In this document: piece after piece, positions 12,622-26,954 of the stretch
Layout: the number at the start of each line of letters is the position of its first letter
How positions within the stretch are numbered: position 1 is the stretch's first letter
Assembly: GCF_963921235.1 (NCBI RefSeq)
Contig: NC_086097.1
Location: 76,510,001-76,574,000, forward strand
Source: Mobula hypostoma
Taxonomy: Eukaryota
DNA: 64,000 nt
Direction: 5' to 3'
Program-made: the position numbers and the translations under genes
The notes under the pieces: generated by a model
Seen by the model: only the letters and a program-made list of their open reading frames with translations
Database searches by the model: none
Told to the model about the DNA's origin: nothing

Positions 12622-12624
12622 TTT

Positions 12625-14660
12625 AAATATTCCATTTAAAAGCAAGGACAGAAAGGGTGGGGAGAGACAAACATGGATAATTAAGGAAATAAAAGGAAGG
12701 CATCAAACTAAAAGCTCATGCGTACAAGGTCACCAAAAGTAGTGGGAAACTGGAAGATTGGGAAAACTTCAAAAAGCAACAAAGAACCACTATGCAAGCA
12801 ATAAAGGGAAGATAGATTATAAAAATTAATTAGCACAAAATATAAAAATCGACAGTAATTCTTTTATAATTTTATAAAGTAGAAAAGGGTGACTAAAGTG
12901 AACCTAGGTGCTTGGAGGATGAGAAGGGGGAAATGATATTGGGTAATGAGGAAATGACCGAGGCTTTGAATGACTATTTTGTGTCGGTCTTCACGGTGGA
13001 GGACACGTCTAACATGCCAAAGGGATATTATATAGATGCGATGGGAGGTGAGGACCTCGATACAATAGATATCATGAAAGAGGTAGTGCTAAGCAAACTT
13101 GTGGGCCTAAAGATAGATAAGTCCCCTGGTCCTGATGGAGTGCATCCAAGGGTACTGAAAAAATGGCAGAGGTTGTAGTAGAGGTTTTGGTGATAAATTA
13201 CCAAAATTGTCTGGACTCTGGGCAGGTCCCTACTGATTAGAAGAAGGTGAATGTCAAGCCATTGTTCAAAAAAGGATGCATGCAAAAGGCAGGTAACTAC
13301 AGGCCGGTTAGTTTAACATCTGTAGTTGGGAAAATGCTTGAAGCTATCAGTAAAGAAGAAATAGCAAGGCATCTGGAAAGAAATTGATCCATCAAGCAGA
13401 TGCAGCATGAATTCAACAAAGACAGGTCCTGTTCGACAAACTTTGAGGATATAATGAGCACAGTCATAGAGGGGAACAGATGGACATTACTTACTTGGAT
13501 TTCCAGAAGGTATTTGATAAAGTGACACATAAAAGACTTATCTACAAGATAAGGATGCATAGAGTTAGCATGGATAGAGGATTGCTTAACAAATAGAAAG
13601 CAGAAAGTTGGGATACATAGGTGTTTCTCTGGTTGGCAATCAGTGGTGAAAAGTGTGCTGCAGGAGTCGGTGCTAGGCCCAGAACTATTCACAATATACA
13701 TTAACAATCTGGAAGGGAACCAGGTGTAGTGTATCTAAGTTTGCTGATGACACTAAATTGTGTGGAAAAGCAAACTGTGCAGAGAATATGGAGGATCTAC
13801 AGAGAGATATAGATAGGTTAAATGAGTGGGCAAGGGTCTGGCACAATGTTGGTAAATGCATGGTCATCCACTTTTTGAAGGAAAAATAGAAGATCAGATT
13901 ATTATTTAAATGGTAAAAGATTACAGCATGCTGCTGTGCAGAGGGACTTGGGAGTGCTTATGTACGAATCTCAAAAGGTTGGTTTGCATGTGCAGCAGGC
14001 TATCAAGAAGGCAAATGAAATGTTGGCCTTCATTGCGAGAGGGATTGCATTTTATAGCAGGGAGGTTATGCTGCAACTGTATAGGATACTGGTGAGGCTG
14101 CATCTGGAGTACTGCATGCATTTCTGGTCTCCTTACTTGAAGAAGGATATACTAGTTTTGGAGGAGGTGCAGAGGAGGTTCACCAGGTTGATTCCAAAGA
14201 TGAGGGAGTTAGACTATGAGGACAGATTGAGTCACTTAGGACTGTACTCACTTGAATTCAGAAGGATGAGAGGAGATGTTATAGAAACATAAAATTATGA
14301 AAGGGATAGATAAGATAGAGGTAGGAAAATTGTTTTCATTGGTAGGTGAGACTAGAACTAGGGGACATAGCTTCAAGATTCAGGGGAGTAAATTTAGGAT
14401 AGAGATGAGGAGGAACTGCTTTTCCCAAAGAGTGGTGAATCTGTGGAATTCTCTGCCCAATGAAGCAGTGGAGATTACTTCAGCAATTATATTTAAGACA
14501 AGGTTGGATAGATTTTTGCATAGTAGGGGAATTATGGGTTGGGGGGGAAAGGCAGGTAGGTAGAGAAGAGTCCACGGTCAGGTCAACCATGATCTTATTG
14601 AATGGCGAAGCAGGCTCACTAGGCCAAGAGCCTACTCCTGCTCCTATCTGTTATGTGCCT
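12625..14660 (+). mobile_element. CR1 LINE ORF2 (RT) remnant with 3' UTR
   Basis: LNDYFVSVFT, DKSPGPDGVHPRVLK, NYRPVSLTSVVGK, KFADDTK, LVRLHLEYCMHFWSPYLKKDI, RNCFSQRVVNLWNSLP. Confidence 0.93.
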
Positions 14661-14904
14661 TTATCCTTATGAGCAACTTTGTGCAATAGGTTGGCAGTGA
14701 CCACCTCCAACAAGAGCAACCTAAACCATGAGCGCTAACATTATCACCACTTGCACACCCATCCTGGGGTTCAACACTGATCTGAATCTTAACTGGATTA
14801 GCCGCAACTGTAAGAACGGGTTAGATGCTGGGTATTTCAAGGCAACTGGATTCCCTCCTTACTACCCCAAGACTTTTCATCACCTATGTAGCACGAGGCA
14901 AAAA

Positions 14905-16730
14905 GGTACAGAACCGAGCATACAGCAGTACAGCACAGGGAAAGGCTCATTGGCCCAGGATGATGGGGTGAACTAATTAAATTCATAACTAAACTAAAAT
15001 AACCCCTTCTGCTTAACAATGTTAATATCCTTCCAATTCCTACATAATTACGTGCCTATCTAAGAGTCTTGAAATGGCTCTATGGTATTTTCCTGCACTA
15101 CTACCCTTGGCAGCATATCCTAGGCACCTATATTCAGTGTACAAAAAAAAATTACTCTATACATCTCATTTGAACTTACCCCTCTCACCTTAATTGCACG
15201 GCTTCTAATATTAGACGTCTTGACCCTGGAAAAGATACCAGCTGTTACCTCTGCTAATGCCTTTCATAATCTTATAAACCTCTTTCAGATACCCCCTCAG
15301 CCTTTGCTGCTCAAGAGAACACAACTCAAATGTTTCCAACCTTTCCTTATAACAAATGCCCTCTAATCCAGGCAGAATCCTGGTAAGCCTCTTCTGCACC
15401 CTCTCCAGAGCTTTCAGTCCTTCATATTATGGAGCAACCAGAACTGAATGCAATACAAATGATGAGGCCTAACCAGAGTTCTACAAAGCTGCACCGTAAC
15501 TTCCTGACTCAAACTCAGTTTCAGGATTAATAATGGCAAGCATGCCATATGCATTATACCAGCCTGAGTAATGCACTTTCAGAGAGCTAGGGACTTGAAC
15601 ACCCAAGATCCTCCTTCACATCAACTGTTAGAAACCTTGCCATTAACACTGTACTGTCCCTTTACACTTGATGTCCCAAACTGCAACACTTCACATTTGC
15701 CATTTCTTTGTAACATCTGCAACTGATCTGTATTCTACTTTATTCTTTGGCAGTCTTCTACACAATTCACAATGTCATCAATCTTCATATCACCTGCAAA
15801 CTAACTAACCCACCCATCTAGTTTCATCCAGGTCATTTATATACATCATAAATAGCAGAGGTGCCCTTCCAGATTCTTCGGAACATCACTAATCACAGAC
15901 CTCCAACCAGAATAATTCACACAGTACATCACTACTTTTTGTCTTCTATAGGCAAACTAATTCTGCATCCAATTCATTGTGGATCCCATGCATCTTAATC
16001 TTCTGGATGAGCCTCCTATGAGAGATTTTGTCAAGTACCTTATTAAAATCCATATATACAAAATCTACAGTCCGACTTTCATCAGTCACCTTCATCACCT
16101 CGAAAAGCTCAATCAAGTTAGTAAGGCATGACTTGCTCCAGCACAAAGGGCTGCTGACTGTCTCTAATTAGGCCATGGCTTTCCAAAAGCTCATAAAGCT
16201 TTATTTAAGAATCCTCTCCAATAACATCTCTACTACTGATAAGAGACTCAGCAGTCTATAGTTTTCAGGATAGTTTTCACCCAATACTAGTGCCTTCTTT
16301 ATCTCAAAATGCCCTTGCATATCAAGACATTCCCACAGATCTCCTTATTCATATTAACTGATGCAAAGTACTCAATTGGGATCTCACCCACATCCTCTAC
16401 CTCCAAGCACATATTCCCTCCTATATCCTTGATTGGTTCTATCTAATCCCTAGTCATCATCTTTTTGCTGATGTATATATGGACTGCCTTGCGGTTCTCT
16501 TTAATTCTACTTGCCCAGGATTTTTCATGACCCCTGCTGGTTTTCCTAATTCCTTTCTGAGTTCTTTTCTGGCTTCTTTATAATCCTCAAGAGCTCTGTT
16601 CGATTTTAGCTTCCTAAAACTTACATATTCTTCCCTTTCCTTCTTAACTAACTTCACCACATCTCCCAACACCCAAAGTTTCATTGCTTTCCCAAACTTG
16701 TCCTTTCTTCTTTCTGCATGCCACAATTAA
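14905..16730 (-). mobile_element. Degenerate CR1 LINE ORF2 remnant
   Basis: KSCLTNLIELF...VDFVYMDFNKVLDK (15946-16146); QKRLTRILPGLEGICYKERL (15211-15399). Confidence 0.85.
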
Positions 16731-16839
16731 AGAGACATTGGCTTGCGTAGCGGAAAAGAGTGAGTTCAAAGGAAGTGGGCAGGAGCAGTCAGGACATTCC
16801 GTGTACACAGTTCCTAAGTAAATGATGGATTGTGCATCA

Positions 16840-17130
16840 TTAGGCACTTGGCAAGGGCCAATAAAAAGATAGGTTTAAGCGGAGCAGCCATGGTGGGAGT
16901 GGCCATAGTGTGAGGCGGTCAGTGTTAGAGTGTGGAGCTCAAGCTTTGGCTCTTAGAGTCTTCGATGATGAGAAAGTTTGTTTAAGTATTCTTTTTTCAT
17001 TCTTTCTTAGTGTGCAGTTAGAGCAGTGGAGGATGCCAGGCAGGATAGTGGAATGCTCCTCTTGCAGGATGTGGGAAGCCAGGGAGACCTTCAGTGTCCT
17101 TGATGACTACAGTTGCAAAAAGTGCATCCA
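16840..17130 (+). mobile_element. CR1 5' region with ORF1 zinc-finger start
   Basis: MPGRIVECSSCRMWEARETFSVLDDYSCKKC (CxxC...CxxC); truncated by the adjacent minus-strand CR1 tail. Confidence 0.65.
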
Positions 17131-19215
17131 TAAAGTCATAGAGAAGTACAGCACAGAAATAGGCCCTTCAGCCCATCTAGTCAATGTCAAAACCATTTAA
17201 ACTGCCTACTCCCATTTACCTGCATTGGGACCATACCTCTTCATACCCCTACCATCCATCTGTTAAAAATTGAAATTGAGCTTGCATGTGCCACATTTGC
17301 TGGCAGGTCATTCCAAACTCTCACGGCCCTCTGATTGAAGAATTTTTCCCCTCATGTTCCTCTTAAACTTCTCACCCTTAGCCCATGACCTCTGGTTGTA
17401 GTCTCACCCAATCTCAGTGGAAAACGACTGCTTATATCAACCCTATCTATACCCCTCATAATTTTGTACACCTCTATCAAATCTACTCTTGATCTTCTAC
17501 GTTCTAAGGAATACAGTCCTAACCTATTCGATCTTTTCTTATCACTCCGGTCCTCCAGACCTGGCGACATCCTTGTAAATTTTCTCTGTACTCTTTCAAC
17601 CTAATTTACATTTTTTCCTGTAGGTAGGTGACCAAAACTGCTTCACCAATGCCTTTACAATTTCAATATTACATCCTATCTCCTGTACTCAATACATTGA
17701 TATATGAAGGCCAATATGCCAAAAGCTTTCTTTACGACCCTGTCTACTTGTGACACCACTTTCAATGAATTACAGACCTGTATTCCCTTTGTTCTACCAC
17801 ACTCCTCAATGCCCTATCGTTCACTGTGTAAGACCTACCCTGGTTGGTCCGACCGAAGTTAATAGTCCTCACACTTGTCTGCATTAAATTCCATGTGCCA
17901 TTTTTCAGCCCATTTTTTTCAGCTGATGCAGATCCCTCTGCCAGCCATGATAACCTTCATCACTGTCCACCACACCCCCAATCTTGGTGTTATCCACAAA
18001 TTTGCTGATCCAGTTTACCACTTTATCATCCAGACCATAGATATAAATGACAGACAACAAAGGGCCCAGCACAGATCCCTGTGGCACACCACTAGTTGCA
18101 GGCCTTCAGTCAGAGAGGCAACCGCTCCTTGGCTTCTCCCACAAAGCCAAAGTCTAATCCAATTTATTACTTCATCTTGAATGCTGAGCAACTGAACCTT
18201 TTTGACCAACCTCTCATGCGGGACCTTGTCAAATGCCTTGCTCAAGTCCATGTAGAGAACATCCACTGCCTTGCCTTCATCCACTTTCCTGGTAACTTCC
18301 GAGAAGAAACTCTATAGATTGGTTAGCCATGACCTAAATGCATGAGGCTGTGCTAACTATCTTTAATTAGTCTACGCACTTACATATCCGGTCCCTTAGA
18401 ATACTTTCCAATAACTTTCCCACTACTGATGTCAGACTCACCGGCATATAATTACCTGGTTTATGTTTAGAAACTTTTTTGAACAGCAGAACAACATTGG
18501 CTATCCTCCAATCCTGTAGTACCTCTCCTGTTGCTAGAGGGTCTGGAGATTTATCCATCCTGATTTGCCTCAGGATAGCAAACACATCCTCCTCTGTAAT
18601 CCGTTCAGGGTCCATGAAGTTGATACTGCTTTGACTCATTTCTATAGACTCTGTGTTTTTTTTGTGAGTAAATACAGATGCAAAAAATTATTTAAGATCG
18701 CCCCCATCTGTTTGGCTCCACACATGGATTACCCTTCTGGTCTTGTCCCTCGCAATCCTTTTTCTCTTAGCATATCTGTAGAATCTCTTAGGATTTTACT
18801 TCGTTTTGTCTGCTAAAGTAACTTCATGCCTTCTTTTAGCCCTCTTGATTTTTTTCTTAAGTGTTCTCTTGATGTACTCCATATCAACCTCATTTGTTCC
18901 TAACTGCCTATACCTGCTATGCATCTCCATTTCTCTTAACCAGGACCTCAATATCTCTTGAAAACAGAAGTGTTTTATGACATTGTGATTGCTGTTCTCC
19001 AATTTACAGAAAGGTCAATCACCTAGCTAGGCTCATTTCCCAATACCAGGTTCAGTATGGCCCCTCCGCTTGTTGGACTCTCTACATATTGATTTAGGAA
19101 TCCCTCCTGGATGTTCCTAACACATTCTGGCATGTCTAAACCTCTTGCACTAAGGACTTCTCAGTCTTTATCAGGAAGTTAAAGTCACCCACTACAACAA
19201 CATCATTCTCTGCAA
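17131..19215 (-). mobile_element. CR1 LINE ORF2 remnant with 3' tail
   Basis: PGNYMPVSLTSVVGKLLE, VDVLYMDLSKAFDKVPH, PQGSVLGPLL, RLGLYSLERRR. Confidence 0.92.
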
Positions 19216-20140
19216 TTTCTGCCATCTTCAAAGGGACCATACTACCAAACACATCTTTATCTTACCCCACTCTCTGCTTTCTGCAGGGATCTCCCCCTCC
19301 GTGACTCTCTTATGCATTCATCCCTCCCTAGTAATCTCTCTCACTGTACTTATCCCTACAAGTAGACAAAGTGTTACACCTGCCCATACACATCCTCCCT
19401 TACCTCCATTCAGGGGCGCAGTCATTCCAAGTGAGACAACAGTTCACCCGTAAATCAATTGGGGATGCCTACTGTATTTGAAGCTGCTATGTGGCCTTTT
19501 GATGAGACCCAACTTAGAATGGGGGGGCTACTTTTGTCAATCACCTTTGCTCCATCCACAAAAAATGATTTCCCTGTGCCCAACCATTTCAAATCCAATC
19601 CCCATTCCCATTTTGACATGTCAGTCCATGACCGCCCCTTCAGACATGATGAGGCCACTCTCATGTTGGTGGAGCAACATCTTCTATTCCATCTATGGAG
19701 CCTCCAACCTGATGGCATGAAGATTGATTTATCTAGCTTCCTGTAATTTCTCCCCCCTTCCCTCTTCTCTTTTTCTATTCCCCAGTCTGGCTTCTCTCTC
19801 ACCACTTCTCTTCTCCTCACCTGCCTATCACCTCCTCCTGGTGCCCCTCCACTTTTCCATTTTCTCATGATCCACTCTCCTCTACGTTCAGATTCCTTCT
19901 TCTCCAGCCCTTTACCTTTTCCACTTATCACTTCCCAGCTTCTTACTTCATCTCCATGTTCCCACTCTCCTGGCATCACCTATCATCTTCTAGTTTGCCC
20001 TTCTTCCCCTCTCTCCACCTTATTCCGCTATCTTCTGTTCCAATACTGATGAAGGGTCTTAATCCAAAACTTCCACTGTTTATTCCTTTTCATAGATGCT
20101 GCCTGACCTACTGAGTTCCTCACGCATTTTGTGATTGTTA
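19215..20140 (+). mobile_element. Neptune-type PLE 3' part: GIY-YIG remnant, pyrimidine-rich UTR, decayed hammerhead
   Basis: FPVPNHFKSNPHSHFDMSVH...EATLMLVEQHLLFHLWSLQPDGMKIDLSSF; ctgatgaagggtcttaatccaaaac at ~20046. Confidence 0.85.
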
Positions 20141-20479
20141 GTTTTACTTTTTGCTAATCGGCCTGCATACATGTTCCTCAATATCTCAGTGGAATCTTCT
20201 CCATTTTCTGAATACAAGACAATATCTGAATTAAAAGGGCATGTTTGACTAACATCTCATTTACTATGGTAAGCTATCACTCATTCATAGGTCACTATGG
20301 ATACAATATACATTACCTTTCTAATCTAACTTGCTGCAAGAAGTAAGGTTGGTATATGTGCGTACTTACATATTTAATATCTTCCACTAAGAGTAAAAAG
20401 AAAAACCTATGATAAACTTTAGGTAAATGTTGAAAATTTTTAAAAGGCTAAGCCCATTAAATATTACTGGAAAATTATA

Positions 20480-23070
20480 AACTGTCCACTCTATCTACAT
20501 CTCTTATCATCTTATATACCTCCATCAAGTCTCCTCTCATCCTCCTTTGCACTGAGTAATCTTTTTTCATAAGACCCTCTCACTAATCCAGGCAACCTCC
20601 TAGTAAATCTCCTCTGCACATCCACTACAGCCACAGCCTTCCTATAGTTCTGTTGCACCAGAACTAAACTCAACATTCCAAGTGGTCTTAACAGGGTTTT
20701 ATAGAGCTGCAACATTGTCTCTCAGCTCTTGAACATAATCCTTGACTAATAAAGGCCAATTCACCATACACCACCTTAACCACCCTCAACTTGTGCAGCA
20801 GCTTTCAGGGATATATGGACATGCACTCCAATATCCCTTTATTCATCCACACTGCGAACCTTGTAATCAGCCTTCAATTCGACCTTCCTAAGTGTATCTC
20901 TTTACACTCTTCCAGATTGAACTCCATCTGCCACTTCTTAACCCAGTTCCAACTCGTATCAATGTTCCTTTGTCACCTATGACAATTTTTATACTATCTA
21001 CAACACCAACAAATGTGTTCTCAGCAGACTTGTTAACCCACCTTTACACTTCCTCATCTAAGTCACTTATAAAAGTCACAATGAGCAGGGATCCCAGACC
21101 AGACCTAAATGACACCACTAGTCATTGACTTCCAGGTAGAGTATGCTCCACCTACTACTACCCTCTGCCTTCTGTGGGCAAGCCAATTCCAAATCCCTGC
21201 AGCCATGTTTCCCTGGATCCCGTGCCTCCTGACATTCTGAAAAAGCCTATCAAGGGAACCTTGTTGAATGTCACATACTCCACATCACCCCTTCATCAAT
21301 GTATTCTGTCACTTCCTCAAAGAATTCAATCAGGCTCATGAGGCATGACCAGCCCCTCACAAAGCCATGCTGACCATCTCAAATGCTTGTGAATCCTAGC
21401 TTCAAGAATCCTCTTCAATAGTTTGTCCATCACGGGTATAAGATTCACAGGTCTATAATTCAGAAGATTATTTCTATTACATTCTTGAAGAAAAAAAGTA
21501 ACATTTATCATCTTCCAATCTGTGGCCCGTGAGGATACATTGATCATTGTCAATAGAGAAGTGACCTTTGCCATTGCTTCCCATCATAACCTGGGACATA
21601 TCCTGTCATGCCTTGGGAACTTACCCATCCTAATCTTTTTCAGCACATCCTCTTCCTTAAGTTCAAGATGTTTTAGCATATTAGCTTGTTCTACACTGAC
21701 CTCACATTTGCATAGGTCCCCCTGACTGGTGAATACTGAAGCAAAGCATTCATTAAGGATGCTCCTACCTCCTCTAAGTCCAAGCACATTTCCTCTTTTA
21801 TCCCTGATCAGTCCTACCCTCTCTCAAGACATCCTCCTGTTCCTCACATACATCTAGAATGCCTCGAGAACTTCCTTAATTCTACTTGCCTTCTCATGTT
21901 GCCTCTAGCTCTCCCAAGTAAATCCTTAAGCTCTTTCCTGGCTACCTTATAATTCTCCATAGCCCTGTCTGATCCTTAGTTCCTAAACCTTAACTTTGCT
22001 TCCTTCTTCCTTTTAACTAGATAACCCACTTCTCTTGTCAACCATGACAATCCTTTCCCAACCTCAATAGGACAGATCTATACAGAACCCCTCGAAAATG
22101 CTTCCTATACAACCTTGTATTTATGTTGTAGAATTCCCTGAGAACATCTATTTTCAATTTACATTCCAAAATTCCTGCCCAATGGCATCATAATTTGCTG
22201 TCCCCCCGTTAAATACTTTCCCATATCATCTGCTCCTATCCCTGTCCAAGGTTATGCTCAATGTCAGGGAGTTTTGATCACTATCTCTGAAATTCTGACC
22301 CACTAAGAGATCTTTCATCTGACTAGGTTCATTGCATAGTACTAGATTCAGTACGGCATCTCCTCTTGTTGGTCTGTCTGCCTGTTGAGTCAAGAATCCT
22401 TCCTGGACCTACCTAATAAATTCTGCTTCATTTAAAAAGTTGCACTAAGTAAATGCCAATCAATATTAGGGAAGTTGAAGTCACTTGTGACAATAAACCT
22501 ATTACTCTTGCACATTTTCAAAATCTGCCTCCCGATCCATTCCTCAGTATCCCTGCTGCTACTGGATGGTCTACAGAATACTCCCAATACAGTGATTGCC
22601 CTCTTCCAGTTTCTGACTCAGCGGATAATCTCTCCCTTTCCACAGCAGCAAAACAATCCCTGATTATCAATGTCTCTCCCCACCTCTTTCAACTCCCTTC
22701 CTGGCCTTTTTGAAACGGGCTTCAAGTTTTTAGGTTAAAAGGTCTCCATAATACCATGGGCTGCAGGGCTTGTATGTTCTAAATCCCGGAATACAGTATC
22801 CAGTAGCCATTCCTGTCTTTATAAATGACATAGTGTTGTAGTTCCATGTATTGTTTCATGCTCCATGTTCATCACCACTGTTCCTGATACTTCTTGCATT
22901 AGATACAGTTAAGCACATCCAACTTACTGCATTTATGTCCTATCCACTGCCTATCCTTCCTCATAGTCTCTCTACAGTAGAGTCTACACACTGCCTCTAA
23001 CTGTACACCAACTGATCTATCATTTGACCTATCACTCTGGTTTCCATAACACTGCCAAACTAGTTTAAAG
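20480..23070 (-). mobile_element. Old CR1 LINE (EN to RT) remnant
   Basis: ILNECFASVFT, NYRPVNLIPVMDKLL, MLQLYKTLLRP, VQRRFTRRLPGL; EN-region fragments near 22300-22900. Confidence 0.85.
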
Positions 23071-23109
23071 CCTAGTTACACTGTTTTTTTTTTGGTCTAG
23101 CTCAAGGAG

Positions 23110-23680
23110 AACAACTGAATTCTTTCCCAAACAGTGTTGGCACAAGCACATTTCAGAAGGACAAGGGTGTGGATCTTATCCCTATGGCAGTCATCTCAAG
23201 GGCAGTATGCAAGGCTATTGAAACCCAAGCTGTGTCTGAATCTGGGATGGGCCTCTCTCCACCAAACAGGATCAAGCTTTGTGCTTGTTTGAAAAGATTG
23301 CCAATGGACTTTAACAGTTTACTTGGGGACAATTCAATAGGAACCACATTACTGAGGGCATTCCTTTGCCTAATTTGTAGACCTTTGCCTAATTGTCTTG
23401 TGGTCAAAAGTATTTTTCTGCACAAAGTCTTCCATCAGAAACATTCTGGCTGGAATGTTCAGGAAAAATATGGCCAGACCCATTTGTTGCACCATTGAGG
23501 ACAGATAGAACTCTGACATACAATAGTGTTTAGTGTTTGAATGCCCACAGCATGTATAACTTGATACATAAAAGGTAGGCAGAAGAAAGAGGGCAAAAAT
23601 AGGTGATTTTTTCCCTCCACTTTCTTTGGATATTTGCACATTACATCTCTGCAAATGTTCAATAAAAATAAAATGAAGCT
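23110..23680 (-). mobile_element. Degenerate Tx1-type (L1 clade) ORF2 C-terminal fragment
   Basis: HYCMSEFYLSSMVQQMGLA...EDFVQKNTFDHKTIRQRS resembles, as I recall it, the Tx1-like motif HYVLRFYLSPVLRRMGLA...EKFVQKNTFDHKSIRQWS. Confidence 0.6.
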
Positions 23681-25099
23681 TCAAAGACTGTTGCACCATA
23701 GGTGCAAAGCATGGGCCACATCTGCACTACACACAGCATCTGACCGGAATTACCAGGTTGTTAACCACAACTGAGTTTGGACACCACTTCCAGTATCCCA
23801 ATTTTTGCCTCACCTTGGCTATATAGTTTATCCATTTCCCCAACTCCACTCAAGCATATTCCTACTGCCTTAAGGTAATTCTACTTGATAATAGAGGGGA
23901 TTGAATATGGTCTACCGTTGTTAGAACTTATCCTCAGAGGCCAGCTGAGGATATTGACAATTCCTCAACTACACTCTGCGGGCAGCCCAGTAATGGGAGG
24001 AAGTAAATGATGCAGCATTTGTCAATTAATAAGCCTCAGCTGGACATATGCAGAACTCCAAGATTCACTTAAGTTTCAATGGCCTAAACTCAGCAGTTCC
24101 AGGCAAAACCAGCGAACTCCACCAATAAGGTTTAATCCACTGAAAATTTCACACAGAAAACCAAGTCAAAAGAAATAATTGTTAAAAACGAACTTCTGAA
24201 ATACTCCAAAGAGCAAACTGAAGGTTGAGGCATTGATAGGAGAATAACAAAGTGTCTGAATGACAATAAATGGTAAAAATAATTTTAAGTTGTTAGAGAA
24301 ACAGGGCATTTTGAAGTAAAGTTTAATGTTCTGAGGGAATTGTACTCCACACATATTTTCTCAGTTTTGCAGCAAGTCTGATAAGCAACAAGTAGCACAA
24401 TTTTAAAAAAATGAGATCAACATGGCATGCCATTATCAATATAGCTCCCAACTAAATGAAGCTATCAACAACTCTTCTGGTACCAGAGGAAGCATTACTC
24501 TGTGGAGGCACAAGTAATTACTCACAGCAACTTCTGGATATCCATGTTCGATTACATTTGCATGGAATTCACAGACTTATAGTCAGACTTCTTCCATTAA
24601 AACAGCAAGGCCTGACACTCCACAGATTCTGTCTCAATAGGTTTCATCATTCTGTATACTTGATTCTAAAAATGATTATTTGTTGTTTACTACAAAAAAA
24701 AAGACACTACATTCTACAAAAACAGTTTTATATGTTGACAGTGGTGAAAAATTAAACAGAAAAAGATAAAGCATTGGTGATATCACCATTTTAGAACTGA
24801 ATGTTTGCCAGGGAAGCTGAGTCACTGGGCAATGTCAACAGAAACAGAAATTACAGAAGACTATTATTTCAATGAACAATAAATAATAGCATTGTGGAGT
24901 TTAATTTATTTGAAATCAGTAAAGTTATTTTATAACAAAACATCTGAATGTCCAACATTCAAGATACAATAAAAGTTAAAAAAAAATGCAAGGAACTATA
25001 AATGCAAATTTATTTTGATTCAGTGCAGCAGTGTGAGCAATAGCTTTGTTATGTGCAGGCTCCACGAAAACACAAAGGCCAAGAATTTTATCTCAACTG

Positions 25100-26520
25100 C
25101 TCTTAACAATGCATATCAATTTTGTGCAGTGAAGATCACATCTTACAAATCTAATAGGGTTTCTGTTTGAAGAGATAACCAAGAATATTGATGAAGGCAG
25201 CACGGTAGATGTTGCTAACATGGACAAAGTCCTGCATTCTAATCTGGTCCAGGAAATTAAGGAACAAGGGATGTGCAGCATGTTGCCAAAATGGATCCAA
25301 AAGTGACGTGCTGACAGGAGACAGAGGGTAATGGTAGATCGGCATTTTTTTTTTGAAAACTTAGATATGTAGATGGTCTGATTAGCAAGTTTGCAGATGA
25401 CATAATTTTATGAAGTAATGGAGAGTCAAGGACATAAATCAGTTGGAAAGCTGGGCACAGCAGCAGCAGATGTAACTTAAGAGTAAGGTAGTGTATTTTT
25501 AGAGACCAAACTCTGGCAGGACAAACAGAGTAAATGGCATGAATCTTAGGAGTGTTCACATATGGAGAGACTTTGGGGTACAAGTTGACAGTTACCCTGA
25601 AAGCGGTGACACAAGAAGATAAGGCAGCGAAGGTGGCATTTAGTATTTACAGGACAAAGTCATTGAGTGTAAGAGTTAGGATGTCATCTTGCAGCTGTAA
25701 AAATATTGGTTAGATTGTAGTTGGAGTACTGTGTACAATTCTCTCTCCCTATAACATTCTTCGTATAGTCTAAGAATGCAAGTAATTATTGGACTATACA
25801 AAGAATGTTGTAGGGAGTGAGAATGCAGAAGAGATTCATCAAGATGCTAGCTGGAATGGAAAATCCTTACTTCTAAGGAGAAATTGGATTGGCTGGGTAT
25901 ATTTTCATTGGAATGTGGGAGGCTGAAGAGGTGACCTTATAGAAATTTTTAAAACTGTGAGAGTTATTGATCACATAAATAGTCAAGGTCTTTTTCCTCA
26001 GAGCAAGGTAATCTATAACCAGAGAACATCGGTTTAAGGTGATTGGGCCAAGGAGTAAAATTTATTCCATACAGAGCATGATGGTTATCTGGAACAAGGA
26101 GACAGAGCAAGTGGTAGGGATAGATACAATTACAACATTTAAAAAGATATTTGAGTCACTTGGTATTCAGGCTGAAGTAGTAAATTGAATTCAGCATTGG
26201 CTTAGTGGAAGAAAACAGCATGGTAATAGATAGTTGTTGTTCTAACTGGAGGCCTGTGACTAGATGTGCTGCAGGTGTCAGTGCTGTGTTCATTATTGTT
26301 TATCATCTATATTAATGACTTGGATGATAATATGGTAAACTGGATCAGCAAATTTGTGGGTTACACCAAAATTGGGGGTGTAGTGAACGGGAGGCACTGA
26401 TAACAGAAGTTGTGATGTTGTGCCAAAGTTGTACAAGACATAGGCAAGATTGAATATGTGCAGTTCTGTTCACCTACCTACAGGAAAGATATCAATAAGC
26501 TTGAAGGAGTACAGAAAAAA
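25100..26520 (+). mobile_element. Highly degenerate CR1 RT fragments (two overlapping pieces)
   Basis: attagcaagtttgcagatgaca (ISKFADD), ttggagtactgtgtacaattc, and a second tggatcagcaaatttg...ggaaagatatcaataagcttga piece. Confidence 0.7.
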
Positions 26521-26954
26521 ATTCTGTACTATATTCTGCTTTACTCGTATCAATCAGTGTAGTACTTCATTAAGAGATTAAGAAGCCACGGAGCACAAAT
26601 TTCTTTTAATGGTGAAGAGGATGGGATGGCAATATATAGATTTTCATAAGGATAGCAGGTGTTTACACAACTATATGGTTGGGCAAATCTGAGAGGTTCC
26701 TGATTAATTGAGGAAATTCCAAGGTGCAGACTTGAGCATAAGATCATAAAACATTGCACCTGCCAAATTTATGATGAGTAAGAAGATAACCCTGGTAACT
26801 GCTGAAGTGGTAAACTATACAAAATGTTAGAACAATCCCAGACTGGTCACAATGGACATCACAGCAGTTGATGAAAAATTGACGAGATCTTCCATTCATA
26901 CATTATGCAGAAGGAATTTTTTGTTTTTATGTAAATAACACCATTAAATTAGGA

